A stretch of 64,000 nucleotides of DNA. Source: an uncultured bacterium (GTDB lineage: Bacteria > Fidelibacterota > Marinisomatia > Marinisomatales > UBA1611). Shown here one piece after another: positions 9,008 through 18,813 of the stretch. Under the pieces are notes generated by a model, which made no database searches, was not told the DNA's origin, and saw nothing but the letters and a program-made list of their open reading frames with translations. The stretch is taken from positions 1 through 64,000 of the forward strand of contig CBFIBM010000008.1 of NCBI GenBank assembly GCA_965660855.1. The letters run 5' to 3'. The translations under genes were made by a program, and so were the position numbers. The first letter of the stretch is position 1, and each line of letters begins with the position of its first letter.

Positions 9008-11287
9008 TTAAAAATTAAAAGAAGTTTCAATTGTAGTCTGCTTTATCGGTTCTAAACTTCCAGTACCGTCCTCTCTATAATATTGACGAAAATCCCAAAT
9101 TAGACTAACACCCTTGCTCAATTCATAGCCCACTTTGTAACCCATAATCGTATTTGAAGAAGGATTTTCAAAATCAAATGGGTTAATATCATTGTTCCTT
9201 TGAAAATACGCTGAGGCTGTACTTATCTTCGGAATACTTTCAGTATTTAAAACTAAAAATGAGTTAAAACTTTGTATTTCAGAGGTATCGGATTTCATAT
9301 TTGCATAAGAAGCTGAAAAAGTAATAAAATTAAAAAGTTTAAAACCAGCAGAACCATAGATTCCATTCGAACTAGAGGTGAAAGCTGTATCTAAAATACT
9401 CATATCTTTAGTAAATATTTTTGTTGAATTATTTTCAATTTTTGTTGATATACGGTTTAAGTCATATGCTTGATCAAAAAATTTAGGTATATATGAACCA
9501 TTTATCATCCTATATTCTAGAGATAGATCAATTATACCAAATAATTTAGACTTAATTCCTGGAATTGTTAATCCAGTTCCAGATCGACTAGGCCTATTAA
9601 ATGTGCTATCTGATGTGTTAAAACCAATAAAATCTAATTTATTATATTCTGCGTATATTTGTAATGATAATAATTTTGAACTATAAATCGGATAACCAAT
9701 ATCAAAACCAATTGCAGTTGTTTTTGCTTTATTATTATTTAAACTAAAAGGCGTTGCTTTAAGCAAAACTTCATTATCAGAATTATCCCCGTAATCGAAT
9801 AAGTTGTCACCATCTGCATCAATGTCCCATCTGTCCTCATTTAATCCAACATGCGGGTCTGGAATACCATCTCCATCTGTATCATTCCATATATTTGAGC
9901 TATCAGGAAAATCATCAAATAAATCAGGGTATGAATCATCATCTTTATCTTTTAAAGCTGAAAACATATTTTGATCAGAAACATAATTAAAACCAATAGT
10001 TAATGGAATATCTTTTGAGATTGTATATGATGACCTAAATCCTGTAATCGTACCTCCTCTAGATATATCTTTTATATTTGCTAAAAAAACTTCAGATTTT
10101 ACAGGACCCAAATTTACACCTGCATTTACTCCAACCCTTCTTACACTAGGGAATTCCATCATATTAGAATAATTATTCAAAATACCCCCATAACCCAATG
10201 TCATTCCATCAATAGATCCATATTTTACCCAGAAAGGATCAATTTTATTACCATATTTGATATATAATATCTTATCCATTAACAATCCAGGATCATTTTT
10301 AACATCCCACTCATCATATCGTATATTTCCTTCATTATCAATATACAATACCAGATCCAAACCAATTCCAATTTTCCATATATTAATTTCTGGTCTCAAT
10401 GCTATTTGATTATACAAAACATCCTCTAAAGTGACAGATCCGATGCCTAATCCTAGAGCGAATGGGTCAACAGGCAAATTATCTGATACATTATTTTTAA
10501 TTTCTTCTATGTTTTCTATTTCTTCTATGTTTTCTATTTCTTCTTCTATGGGATTTCCTTCAGTTTCTTCAGTTTTAATATCTTCATTAATTTTTTCTTT
10601 ATTATTTTCTATCTTTTTAGGTTCAAGCTTTATCTTTTTCTGTTTGGGGATATTTTCTTGCTGAGTTTCCTCATCTAATTCAGAGTCAATAGTATCCTCA
10701 ATTTCAGGATCTTTAGGATATTCTTGCAATGAGGAAGGCGCCTGAATCAAATTACCACTAGAATTACTAACAGCTTTCTGACCTTCACTTACATTTACAG
10801 TTTCTCCACTAATCATATTTAGAACCTCAAAAAGCCCTTCTTTACAAATAAATTGATCCACTCCGTTTTGAGAAACGATTGCTGCAAACTTAGTACCCTT
10901 AACACTCGCTACAGAAACTGGAGTTTGTATTCTGTATGTTTTTGCTTTATCCTTTCTTTTAACATCATTTAATAAGGTTCCATATTCAAGTTCTACGGTT
11001 CTTGAATTTCTTGTATCCATAAAAGAAAATTTTGTGTTCTCTCTTATTTTAATTACAGATCTATCATCAATATAAATAATTGCACCAAACGATCGTTCTC
11101 CTACTTTAACTTCATCACCATTAGAAATTGGATCACCGGTTTTGGCTCTTTCTGAAAAAGTACTCATTCCTAATCTTTTTAGATATACGTTTCCCTCTAC
11201 TTTAACGAGTCTAGCAATGGTCTCTCCATTTAATACACATATTGGAATTAATATGACCAAAACTTTTTTTAACATACATGACTTCAT
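9008..11287 (-). CDS. FecR-domain protein fused to a predicted outer-membrane beta-barrel with Asp-rich Ca-binding loop
   Basis: Signal peptide; FecR-like GDEVKVGERS..IYIDDRSVIKIRENT..IQTPVSVASVKGTKF; acidic linker; DKDDDSYPD/DTDGDGIPD/DADGD motifs; C-terminal IETSFNF. Confidence 0.8.
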   Translation of the reverse strand: MKSCMLKKVLVILIPICVLNGETIARLVKVEGNVYLKRLGMSTFSERAKTGDPISNGDEVKVGERSFGAIIYIDDRSVIKIRENTKFSFMDTRNSRTVELEYGTLLNDVKRKDKAKTYRIQTPVSVASVKGTKFAAIVSQNGVDQFICKEGLFEVLNMISGETVNVSEGQKAVSNSSGNLIQAPSSLQEYPKDPEIEDTIDSELDEETQQENIPKQKKIKLEPKKIENNKEKINEDIKTEETEGNPIEEEIENIEEIENIEEIKNNVSDNLPVDPFALGLGIGSVTLEDVLYNQIALRPEINIWKIGIGLDLVLYIDNEGNIRYDEWDVKNDPGLLMDKILYIKYGNKIDPFWVKYGSIDGMTLGYGGILNNYSNMMEFPSVRRVGVNAGVNLGPVKSEVFLANIKDISRGGTITGFRSSYTISKDIPLTIGFNYVSDQNMFSALKDKDDDSYPDLFDDFPDSSNIWNDTDGDGIPDPHVGLNEDRWDIDADGDNLFDYGDNSDNEVLLKATPFSLNNNKAKTTAIGFDIGYPIYSSKLLSLQIYAEYNKLDFIGFNTSDSTFNRPSRSGTGLTIPGIKSKLFGIIDLSLEYRMINGSYIPKFFDQAYDLNRISTKIENNSTKIFTKDMSILDTAFTSSSNGIYGSAGFKLFNFITFSASYANMKSDTSEIQSFNSFLVLNTESIPKISTASAYFQRNNDINPFDFENPSSNTIMGYKVGYELSKGVSLIWDFRQYYREDGTGSLEPIKQTTIETSFNF
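10501..10544. repeat. In-frame 18-bp tandem repeat, about 2.4 copies, encoding IENIEE repeats
   Basis: TTTCTTCTATGTTTTCTA at 10501-10518 and 10519-10536 plus a partial third copy. Confidence 0.9.
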
Positions 11288-11315
11288 AAAAAAACCTTTT
11301 TAAGCATAAAATAAT

Positions 11316-14063
11316 TTAATTTTTAATTACTTTGTAAACCAAAGATTCAATAGAAATAAATTTTAATCCTAGCTCATTACTTAAGCCTATCTCGCAGGTT
11401 CGACTGGATGATACACCTATTGAAGATTTTAAAGGTATCTGCACAGATTGATTAATTGCGTTTTTAGATAATTCAGGAAATTTTAGCCCCCTATCTCCAC
11501 CCATTCCACAACAAAAAAATTCGTCTAAAGTCTCAACATTTTCAACACAATCTTTTACCAAATTGATTAATGAATCGTTATCAACACTTTTTTGCGTAGA
11601 ACAAACTGTATGAACAAAAAATGATTTGTTCAATTTCTTAATTTCCAATTTGCTTTTTATCGTATTTAAAAATTCTACCGAATCAAGCAATAAAATATTT
11701 TTTATTTTTAATTTTGAATACAAAGCCTCTGAACATGGACTCATATCCACAATAATAGGTTTCCTGTAATAACTATAGATTTCCTCTAATTTATCCAATA
11801 ATAAATTTTGCATCATGTTTGCAGATTCAATATATCCTTTTGATGAAAATGGAAGTCCACAACAAAAATCAGAAGAATCATTTATTTTTAAAATTTTCAG
11901 TCCAGCATTTTTAGCAATACCAACTAAATATTCAGAAGAAGTGGTTCCAGTATCATCTCCTGAGATGACTCTATTAACACAGGATTCAAAAAGTATATAA
12001 TCAGGATTAGAAATATGATTCTTATAATTTTTTTTACTAATGTTGAATCCATTTCTTGGAAAAACTGGAATTAAATTTTTTGATAAAATATTTAGTTTCT
12101 TTGATATAAAGATAAAATTCTGTGAACCAAAAATAAACCTTAAAGAATTAATCATCCTTAGACCTAACTTTAAGAAAGTTAGCATCCATTTAAAATGCTC
12201 AATAAAAATTTTATTAAATAATTTATTAGTCTTTTTTGATCTTCTAATTTCTTTTATGAAGCTACCTGTATCAATATTAACAGGACATTCAACTGCACAA
12301 AGTCCATCAGTGGCACAAGTATCATATACTCCGTAATTCAGAATATCTTTTTCAGTTTTTGTTAAATCTAATTGATTTATTTCTCTCATAATCCCAATTC
12401 GTTGTCTAGGAGTATAGGTTAACCCCCTACTTGGACAAATTGTTTCACAAAAACCACATTCAACACAGTCATCAATTATAGAAGAAATTTGAGGTGTTTT
12501 TTTTATGTTACTAATATGAATATTTTGTTTTTTTGATAATAAAACATCAGGGTTTAAAATATTATTTGGGTCCACTGATTCTTTCAAATTCCACATGAGC
12601 TTATAAATTTCTCCACCCCATTCACTCTCTACAAATGGAGCCATATTTCTTCCAGTTCCATGTTCAGCTTTTAGTGAACCATTAAATTTTTGAAGTGTCA
12701 TTTTTGCTAGATCGTTCATTAATTCACCATAATTATCAATTCCTTCTTGTGAATTAAAATCCACTGATGTTACGAAGTGTAAATTACCATCCTTAGCATG
12801 ACCAAAAATCACACTATCGTCAAAATTTCTCTTTGTGAAAATATTTTTTAATTCATCTACTGCAGAGGATAGATTTGTATAGTCGATGGCAATATCCTCA
12901 GTAATAACACTTTCACCAGTCCTCCTTAGTGCACCTATTGTTGGATATAATCCTTTTCTAATTTTCCAGATAGCTTCTCTTTTTTTATCGTCGGTCACCA
13001 GTAAAGTTGATTTTATAGATCTATTCTTTTTTAAAGATTGTTTTGTTTTTTTCAAAAAAGATAAAATATTATTTATGTCATCATTTTGATATTCAATTAA
13101 AATACCAACATCATTATCATCAATAAGATTTGTATCATAAGGAATATTTTTATAATGTCTTGCTGTTTTTAAAGATTTATCATCGAGGAACTCTATTGCA
13201 CTTGCACCAAGATCTTTAAATTGAGATATAGTATTTCCAGCAGCCTTAGAATCATTAAAAATAAATAGACCTGTACCAAAATACTCTGGATTTGGAACTG
13301 TATTCATTATACAGCTTGAGATAAATGCTAATGTCCCTTCAGAACCAATTAATAAATGAGAAAAAATATCTAATGGTTTTTCAAAGTCCAAAAATGCATT
13401 CATAGAATAACCTATGGTATTTTTTATTCTATATTTATCACGAACTTTTCTTTTGAGCTCTGGATTTGTTTTTATGGTTTGTTGTATAGATTTTAAAGTT
13501 TCTGTTATCTCTTTTTCTCTCTTAATAAATTTTTGATTTTCATCGCTCTTCGATGTATCATATGAATTTCCATTAGGTAGTATGAAAGATAAACTATCAA
13601 TTGTATGGTATGAATTAAATTCAGTTCCACAAACCATGCCTGAAGAATTATTTGATAAGATACCTCCTATTGTGGCTGATTTTATGGATGCTGGATCAGG
13701 TCCTAGCCTTCTACTAAATGTTGATAACAAATTATTTGCTTGTGCACCAATTACCCCAGGTTCTAATAAAATTAATTTCCCATTATCAAGAACTAAATAT
13801 TTTTTCCAATTATGTAAAATCTCTACCAAAATCCCATCAGTAACAGATTGACCAGATAAAGATGTTCCTCCAGCCCTAAATGTTAAGGGAGTTTTATTTT
13901 TATTAGCATATTGGAAAATTAATTTCACATCCTCTACATTCTGCGGTTTAATTACAGACCTAGGAACCATTCTATACATGCTTGCATCCCTAGCGTACGC
14001 AGATCGTGTGATGCGATCATTAAAAATTATTTTTTTCTTATCGAAATCAGCTAACTGAATCAT
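11316..14063 (-). CDS. FAD-binding, Fe-S-containing oxidoreductase (Dld-II-type D-lactate dehydrogenase-like)
   Basis: FRAGGTSLSGQ, GPDPAS, GHAKDGNLHF, KAEHGTGRNMAPF, CVECGFCETICP, CATDGLCAVECP, CCG domains. Confidence 0.9.
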   Translation of the reverse strand: MIQLADFDKKKIIFNDRITRSAYARDASMYRMVPRSVIKPQNVEDVKLIFQYANKNKTPLTFRAGGTSLSGQSVTDGILVEILHNWKKYLVLDNGKLILLEPGVIGAQANNLLSTFSRRLGPDPASIKSATIGGILSNNSSGMVCGTEFNSYHTIDSLSFILPNGNSYDTSKSDENQKFIKREKEITETLKSIQQTIKTNPELKRKVRDKYRIKNTIGYSMNAFLDFEKPLDIFSHLLIGSEGTLAFISSCIMNTVPNPEYFGTGLFIFNDSKAAGNTISQFKDLGASAIEFLDDKSLKTARHYKNIPYDTNLIDDNDVGILIEYQNDDINNILSFLKKTKQSLKKNRSIKSTLLVTDDKKREAIWKIRKGLYPTIGALRRTGESVITEDIAIDYTNLSSAVDELKNIFTKRNFDDSVIFGHAKDGNLHFVTSVDFNSQEGIDNYGELMNDLAKMTLQKFNGSLKAEHGTGRNMAPFVESEWGGEIYKLMWNLKESVDPNNILNPDVLLSKKQNIHISNIKKTPQISSIIDDCVECGFCETICPSRGLTYTPRQRIGIMREINQLDLTKTEKDILNYGVYDTCATDGLCAVECPVNIDTGSFIKEIRRSKKTNKLFNKIFIEHFKWMLTFLKLGLRMINSLRFIFGSQNFIFISKKLNILSKNLIPVFPRNGFNISKKNYKNHISNPDYILFESCVNRVISGDDTGTTSSEYLVGIAKNAGLKILKINDSSDFCCGLPFSSKGYIESANMMQNLLLDKLEEIYSYYRKPIIVDMSPCSEALYSKLKIKNILLLDSVEFLNTIKSKLEIKKLNKSFFVHTVCSTQKSVDNDSLINLVKDCVENVETLDEFFCCGMGGDRGLKFPELSKNAINQSVQIPLKSSIGVSSSRTCEIGLSNELGLKFISIESLVYKVIKN

Positions 14064-14494
14064 TTATTATTATCATACGCCTCCACTATAATTTTTGGGA
14101 CTTTTATAGTTTTATTTTTTTTATAATTAAATGCAATCATCCGAAAAGTGGCTGCACACAGAAGATCTTCTGACTTTTTTTTGTATACTACAGAATTGAT
14201 ATCATAACTCTTTTCACCAATTCTAGAAATACGACTTCCAACATCTAGAATTTCAGGATGAGAGGCCTGTATTAGATAATGTATTTCTAAGCCGCCAAGA
14301 ATTGCACTTTCATCCATTTCCCTAATTAGACCAGGGAAACCTATTTTTTTTAAAAGATCTACTCTTGAACTCTCCATATATGTTAAATAAACAACATGAT
14401 TTATGTGACCTATAGCATCCATATCTCTCCATCTTGTGCTTATTTCAGTCCAATGTGTATAATTTGATTTAATTATATTTATTTTATTGTGCAT
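14060..14494 (-). CDS. Acyl-CoA thioesterase (4HBT/YbgC hot-dog family)
   Basis: RWRDMDAIGHINHVVYLTYMESSR. Confidence 0.92.
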   Translation of the reverse strand: MHNKINIIKSNYTHWTEISTRWRDMDAIGHINHVVYLTYMESSRVDLLKKIGFPGLIREMDESAILGGLEIHYLIQASHPEILDVGSRISRIGEKSYDINSVVYKKKSEDLLCAATFRMIAFNYKKNKTIKVPKIIVEAYDNNK

Positions 14495-14568
14495 AATGAA
14501 TATTAAACAAACTTATCCATCTGGGCGATGAAAAGATGTGAGAAAAATTTTATTTTCTGTATATTATT

Positions 14569-15513
14569 ATGATGAAATATCAATTGATTATAACCTTATT
14601 ATTTATTTCTTTTATACAGGGGCAACCGAAACAGCAAGTAGAGTTTCAGCTAAATACCATATCTGGTGTAGTTTTCAATGCTTTTGATTCTACACCTCTG
14701 ATGGATTTGAAAGTTGAAATTTTAGCTGGTAACAATATACTGAAAGACTCTACTTACACTGACGAAAATGGATATTATCGTATTGAAAATGTTGGTTTTC
14801 TCTGGAAACCAAAAATGAGATTTACCCTTCATAATTTTCAAACGAAAACTTTTAAGCTAGACCCTGAAAAATTAGATAGTTTAAATAATATGATTATTGG
14901 TGAAATAATTTCACCTATTCCAGATGAAGACCAAATACCAGATCTAAATAGAAGTACAATTACTTCTAGAGCTGAAACCTTTTTTATCAAAGGAAATGTA
15001 TTTTATAATCTCAAAAGTAATAATGATGCAGAAAGAATTTTAATTAAAACATGTGAAGCAATCCAAACTCATGCTGGCTTTATTGTTTTAAAAATCAATG
15101 ATAGGATGTATGATGTAGCAAGATGTTATGTCCCTCAAGAGGGTAAATACGAAAATTTATCATTTATACTAAAAAGTTTACTCAAAGATCCAATTTTTAA
15201 AAACTCAAACAACCCAAAATATTTACCTGATAATCTTTTGGAACCTAATGTATTATTTGGGACGGTTGTAGATTATAAAACAGGTGAATCAATTAAAGGT
15301 ACAGAGGTCTTTATTCCATCTTTAAGACAAAGACGAATTTCTGATGAAAATGGTAAATTTGCATTTACAATAGATAAACCTGGTGTGTATGAAATTTTGT
15401 TAGATCCTTTAGATTCAAATTCATCTAAAAAGATTGGAAAATCGTATATCATAATTAAAACAAACAGAGGTGGATGGTTTAAATCAAACCAGTACCTTCT
15501 TAAGCAAAGTTGA
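14569..15513 (+). CDS. Exported protein with two carboxypeptidase-regulatory-like beta-sandwich domains
   Basis: Signal peptide; ISGVVFNA..PL..TDENGYY and LFGTVVDYKTGESI..SDENGKF patterns. Confidence 0.75.
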   Translation: MMKYQLIITLLFISFIQGQPKQQVEFQLNTISGVVFNAFDSTPLMDLKVEILAGNNILKDSTYTDENGYYRIENVGFLWKPKMRFTLHNFQTKTFKLDPEKLDSLNNMIIGEIISPIPDEDQIPDLNRSTITSRAETFFIKGNVFYNLKSNNDAERILIKTCEAIQTHAGFIVLKINDRMYDVARCYVPQEGKYENLSFILKSLLKDPIFKNSNNPKYLPDNLLEPNVLFGTVVDYKTGESIKGTEVFIPSLRQRRISDENGKFAFTIDKPGVYEILLDPLDSNSSKKIGKSYIIIKTNRGGWFKSNQYLLKQS

Positions 15514-16097
15514 CTATATATAAAACATATTTAGCAGTAATAGTTTTTTACTTAATGGAGTTTACAATGGGACAATCAAATATCGCTACACTTGGAGGTG
15601 GATGCTTCTGGTGTGTTGAAGCCGTTTTTCAACGCATTGATGGTGTAATTGAAGTTAAACCTGGATATGCTGGAGGGCATATTAAAAACCCTACTTATAA
15701 AGAGATATGCACAGGGACAACTGGACATGCTGAAGTTGCTCAACTTAAGTATGATAGTACTATTGTTTCTTATGAGGATATCCTAAATATTTTTTGGCAG
15801 GCCCACGATCCAACAACACTAAATAGACAGGGAAATGATAAGGGCACCCAATATAGGTCAGTAATATTTTATCATGATGAAATTCAAAGTGAAATAGCTA
15901 AAAGTTTGCTTAAAAAAATTGAAAAATTAGGAGTTTGGCCTGATCCAATTATAACAGAAATTACAGAAATAAATAACTACTCAGATGCTGAGGATTATCA
16001 TAAGAACTATTACAATGATAATCAAAATCAGCCTTATTGTTTATTTGTTATCAAACCAAAATTAGATAAACTTGAAAAACTAGGAATAATTGATTAA
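15510..16097 (+). CDS. msrA: Peptide-methionine (S)-S-oxide reductase
   Basis: GGGCFWCVEA, GTTGHAEV, HDPTTLNRQGND.GTQYRS, AEDYHKNYY; alternative ATG start at 15567. Confidence 0.97.
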   Translation: MTIYKTYLAVIVFYLMEFTMGQSNIATLGGGCFWCVEAVFQRIDGVIEVKPGYAGGHIKNPTYKEICTGTTGHAEVAQLKYDSTIVSYEDILNIFWQAHDPTTLNRQGNDKGTQYRSVIFYHDEIQSEIAKSLLKKIEKLGVWPDPIITEITEINNYSDAEDYHKNYYNDNQNQPYCLFVIKPKLDKLEKLGIID

Positions 16098-17173
16098 AGG
16101 CTTTTTGAAAACTCCCTCATCGAAATAATTAATGCTTCTACTCCAGCCTCTGGCATAGCATTATAGATTGATGCTCTAAAACCACCTACTGATCGATGAC
16201 CTTTTAATGTTTTTAAGCCTCTTCTATCACAAAATTTTAAAAAGTCTATATCATTATAGTTATTATTTCTGAAGGTAAAAGGTACATTCATATTTGATCG
16301 ATCTTCAATTCTTACAGGACATCTAAAATGTTCATTCATGTCAATCTCATCGTATAATTTTTTAGCCTTTTTATTGTTAATTTTTTCAATGGCATCAATT
16401 CCACCTATACCCTCTAACCACTTTAATGTTTCATTAACAACAAATAAGGAAAAAACCGGAGGAGTATTAAACATTGATTCCTTCATAACATGTGTCTTAT
16501 AATTCAACATTGTAGGGATATCTCGATAATTAAGCCCAACTAGATCTTCACGTATAATAACAAGTGTGACTCCAGCAGGGCCCATATTTTTTTGTGCACC
16601 AGCATATATTAAACCAAATTTAGTGACATCAATACTTTTAGAAAAAATATCAGAAGACATATCAGCAATTAAGTATCCATTCGAGTTTAATGGATCTGGA
16701 AAGTTTTTAAACTGTGTTCCAAAAATCGTATTGTTACTTGTAAGATGTAAATATGATGATCTTTTGTCCTGATTTAATTTTTTAGGTATATATGTAAAAT
16801 TTTCTGTTTTAGAAGAGGCACTAATATTTACGGTTCCAACACGGCTACACTCTGTAATTGCTTTAGTTGACCATGATCCTGTTTCAATATAATCAGCTAT
16901 TCCTTTATCTGGTAAAAGATTTAATGGAACCATAGAAAATTGTAATGAAGCGCCCCCTTGTAACCATAGAACGTGATAATTATTAGGTATTTTTAATAAG
17001 TTTTTTACTCTTAAAGTAGCCTTATCAAATAGTTCCATAACCTCTGGACTACGATGACTCATTTCCATTAAACTAATTCCAGAGTTTTTGTAGTTAATAG
17101 AAGCTGCACTAGCATTTTTCAAAACAGATTGAGGCAAGCATGCAGGACCAGCACTAAAATTAAATATCTTCAT
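16094..17173 (-). CDS. serC: Phosphoserine aminotransferase
   Basis: NFSAGPA, EMSHRS, QGGASLQF, ADMSS, YAGAQKNMGPAG, NTPP, GHRSVGGFRASIYNA. Confidence 0.98.
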   Translation of the reverse strand: MKIFNFSAGPACLPQSVLKNASAASINYKNSGISLMEMSHRSPEVMELFDKATLRVKNLLKIPNNYHVLWLQGGASLQFSMVPLNLLPDKGIADYIETGSWSTKAITECSRVGTVNISASSKTENFTYIPKKLNQDKRSSYLHLTSNNTIFGTQFKNFPDPLNSNGYLIADMSSDIFSKSIDVTKFGLIYAGAQKNMGPAGVTLVIIREDLVGLNYRDIPTMLNYKTHVMKESMFNTPPVFSLFVVNETLKWLEGIGGIDAIEKINNKKAKKLYDEIDMNEHFRCPVRIEDRSNMNVPFTFRNNNYNDIDFLKFCDRRGLKTLKGHRSVGGFRASIYNAMPEAGVEALIISMREFSKSL

Positions 17174-17272
17174 ATTATCCTAAATTGTATAAATAGTTTA
17201 AAATATAATAATATAAAAATAGCATTATGAGGTATTACAAAAGAACCATAATTATGTTAATTAATTCTTAAA

Positions 17273-17812
17273 TCAATTCCATATACTTTTCCTTCCTTTT
17301 CTATTTTTTTTTAATTTTAATCTATCATCTTTATATCCTCTTATCTCTTTTCTCATTTCTTTCATCATTTTATGTTTAAAAACACCAAGAATAGCAACTT
17401 GCTTTGGATCAAGTATATTTTCTACTTCCTTTATAAATTGTTTTTTTTGATCAAGTTTTTTTTCTTCTAAATTATTATACTTGATTAAAATATTTCTTAC
17501 CCCAGTTTTAGAAAAAGATCTATTACTATCTACATCAGTTTTAATTTTATCAGCAATCTCTTTTTGTCCTTCATTAATTTTCTTTAGATCTGACATATGT
17601 TTTCTGTAAATAGGGAAAAAACCTTCAGCTTGTTCCGTTTTTAATTCTAATTGATCCGTTAGCCTCCATATCATCATATTTTCCATTCGTTCTCTTTTAT
17701 TTTTCGCTGTGATTTTTTCATCATTAAACTCTTTTGGGTGAGTATGTAATAAATCTCCTTGACCTATCAAGAACCCAAAAAAAATAATATTAATTATAAT
17801 TATAATTTTCAT
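17273..17812 (-). CDS. Exported helical protein, Spy/CpxP-like partner of the ECF system
   Basis: Signal peptide; RLTDQLELKTEQAEGFFPIY and ILDPKQ (LTxxQ-like); third gene of the ECF operon. Confidence 0.7.
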   Translation of the reverse strand: MKIIIIINIIFFGFLIGQGDLLHTHPKEFNDEKITAKNKRERMENMMIWRLTDQLELKTEQAEGFFPIYRKHMSDLKKINEGQKEIADKIKTDVDSNRSFSKTGVRNILIKYNNLEEKKLDQKKQFIKEVENILDPKQVAILGVFKHKMMKEMRKEIRGYKDDRLKLKKNRKGRKSIWN

Positions 17813-18185
17813 ATTGATACTCCTCTTCTATTTTAATTTCATCTAAAAATTCTAAAACGTTCCAAATGTCACCGAAAGTAAAAAATGTTTCTTTTAAATC
17901 AATAATATATAGACTATCCAAGTAAGTGGAATCAGGATATTCTTCAATGTTTGATTCAACATAGAAATTCGAGCCTAACTTATTCTCAAGATTTTCTGAG
18001 GTTTTATTATCAATCATTTTTATTACACTAAAAGTAAGTAAAAATAATGAAAGTAAATATTTTGAATATTTATTTACTCTATTATCATGAACTCTTTGAT
18101 GCAAGTTATCAATAAACTTTTTCTTATTTACTTTACCATAAAATTTTAAATGATATTCTTCAATCTTTTTTTCAAAATTTTTCAT
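17790..18185 (-). CDS. Putative single-pass anti-sigma factor
   Basis: Overlaps the ECF sigma stop; short soluble N-terminus, one hydrophobic segment (YLLSLFLLTFSVI), acidic C-terminus. Confidence 0.65.
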   Translation of the reverse strand: MKNFEKKIEEYHLKFYGKVNKKKFIDNLHQRVHDNRVNKYSKYLLSLFLLTFSVIKMIDNKTSENLENKLGSNFYVESNIEEYPDSTYLDSLYIIDLKETFFTFGDIWNVLEFLDEIKIEEEYQYENYNYN

Positions 18186-18706
18186 TAATTCAATACTTTT
18201 TTAAGATTGTTAATCGCATGATGAAAATGAACTTTAGCAGTTCCAGTTTTCATATTTAAAACCTCAGAAATGATTTTAAAAGGTAGTTGCTCTGCAATTC
18301 TAAGTAAAGTCACTTGCTTTTGTTTAGTAGGTAATTTTTCCACAGCATCCCATAATTCCTTACGCTTCCAATCATTTTCTATAGATTGATCTAAGACTCC
18401 AACATCTTTTCTTTGATCTAAATAAAGATAACGTTTCCATTTATTTTTAGTAAGCCATGTGTTTGCTTTATTCATATTTACTCTATACAAGTAAGTGGTA
18501 AATTTTGAATTAAACTTAAAATTTTTAAGATGTTTATGTAAATTAACAAAAACATCTTGAGCCAAATCCTCCGCCTCCATTTGATTATTAGTAATATTAA
18601 AAAAAAATCCAATGGTATTTTCAAGGTGTCTAAGAACTAATTTATTAAAAGAATTAATATCTCCATTTTGGTATTTCAAAATTAAATTTTTATCTATTTC
18701 ATTCAT
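18185..18706 (-). CDS. ECF-type RNA polymerase sigma factor
   Basis: AEDLAQDVF, FTTYLYRV (region 2); LP.KQKQV..LR, IS..L....GTAKVHFHHA (region 4); 173 aa. Confidence 0.95.
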   Translation of the reverse strand: MNEIDKNLILKYQNGDINSFNKLVLRHLENTIGFFFNITNNQMEAEDLAQDVFVNLHKHLKNFKFNSKFTTYLYRVNMNKANTWLTKNKWKRYLYLDQRKDVGVLDQSIENDWKRKELWDAVEKLPTKQKQVTLLRIAEQLPFKIISEVLNMKTGTAKVHFHHAINNLKKVLN

Positions 18707-18718
18707 TTTATATTTTGA

Positions 18719-18745
18719 TTAGACTCAAAAATTTAAAAAAGGTTA
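18719..18745 (-). promoter_or_regulatory. Putative autoregulatory ECF promoter
   Basis: Minus strand TAACC-N16-GTCTAA ending 12 nt before the sigma ATG; resembles RpoE/AlgU GAACTT-N16-TCTAA. Confidence 0.65.
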
Positions 18746-18813
18746 AAAAAAATTATCTCTAATTAATTTTATAAACTTTATTTTATAATGATAATTATAG
18801 ATATATAATAGAG

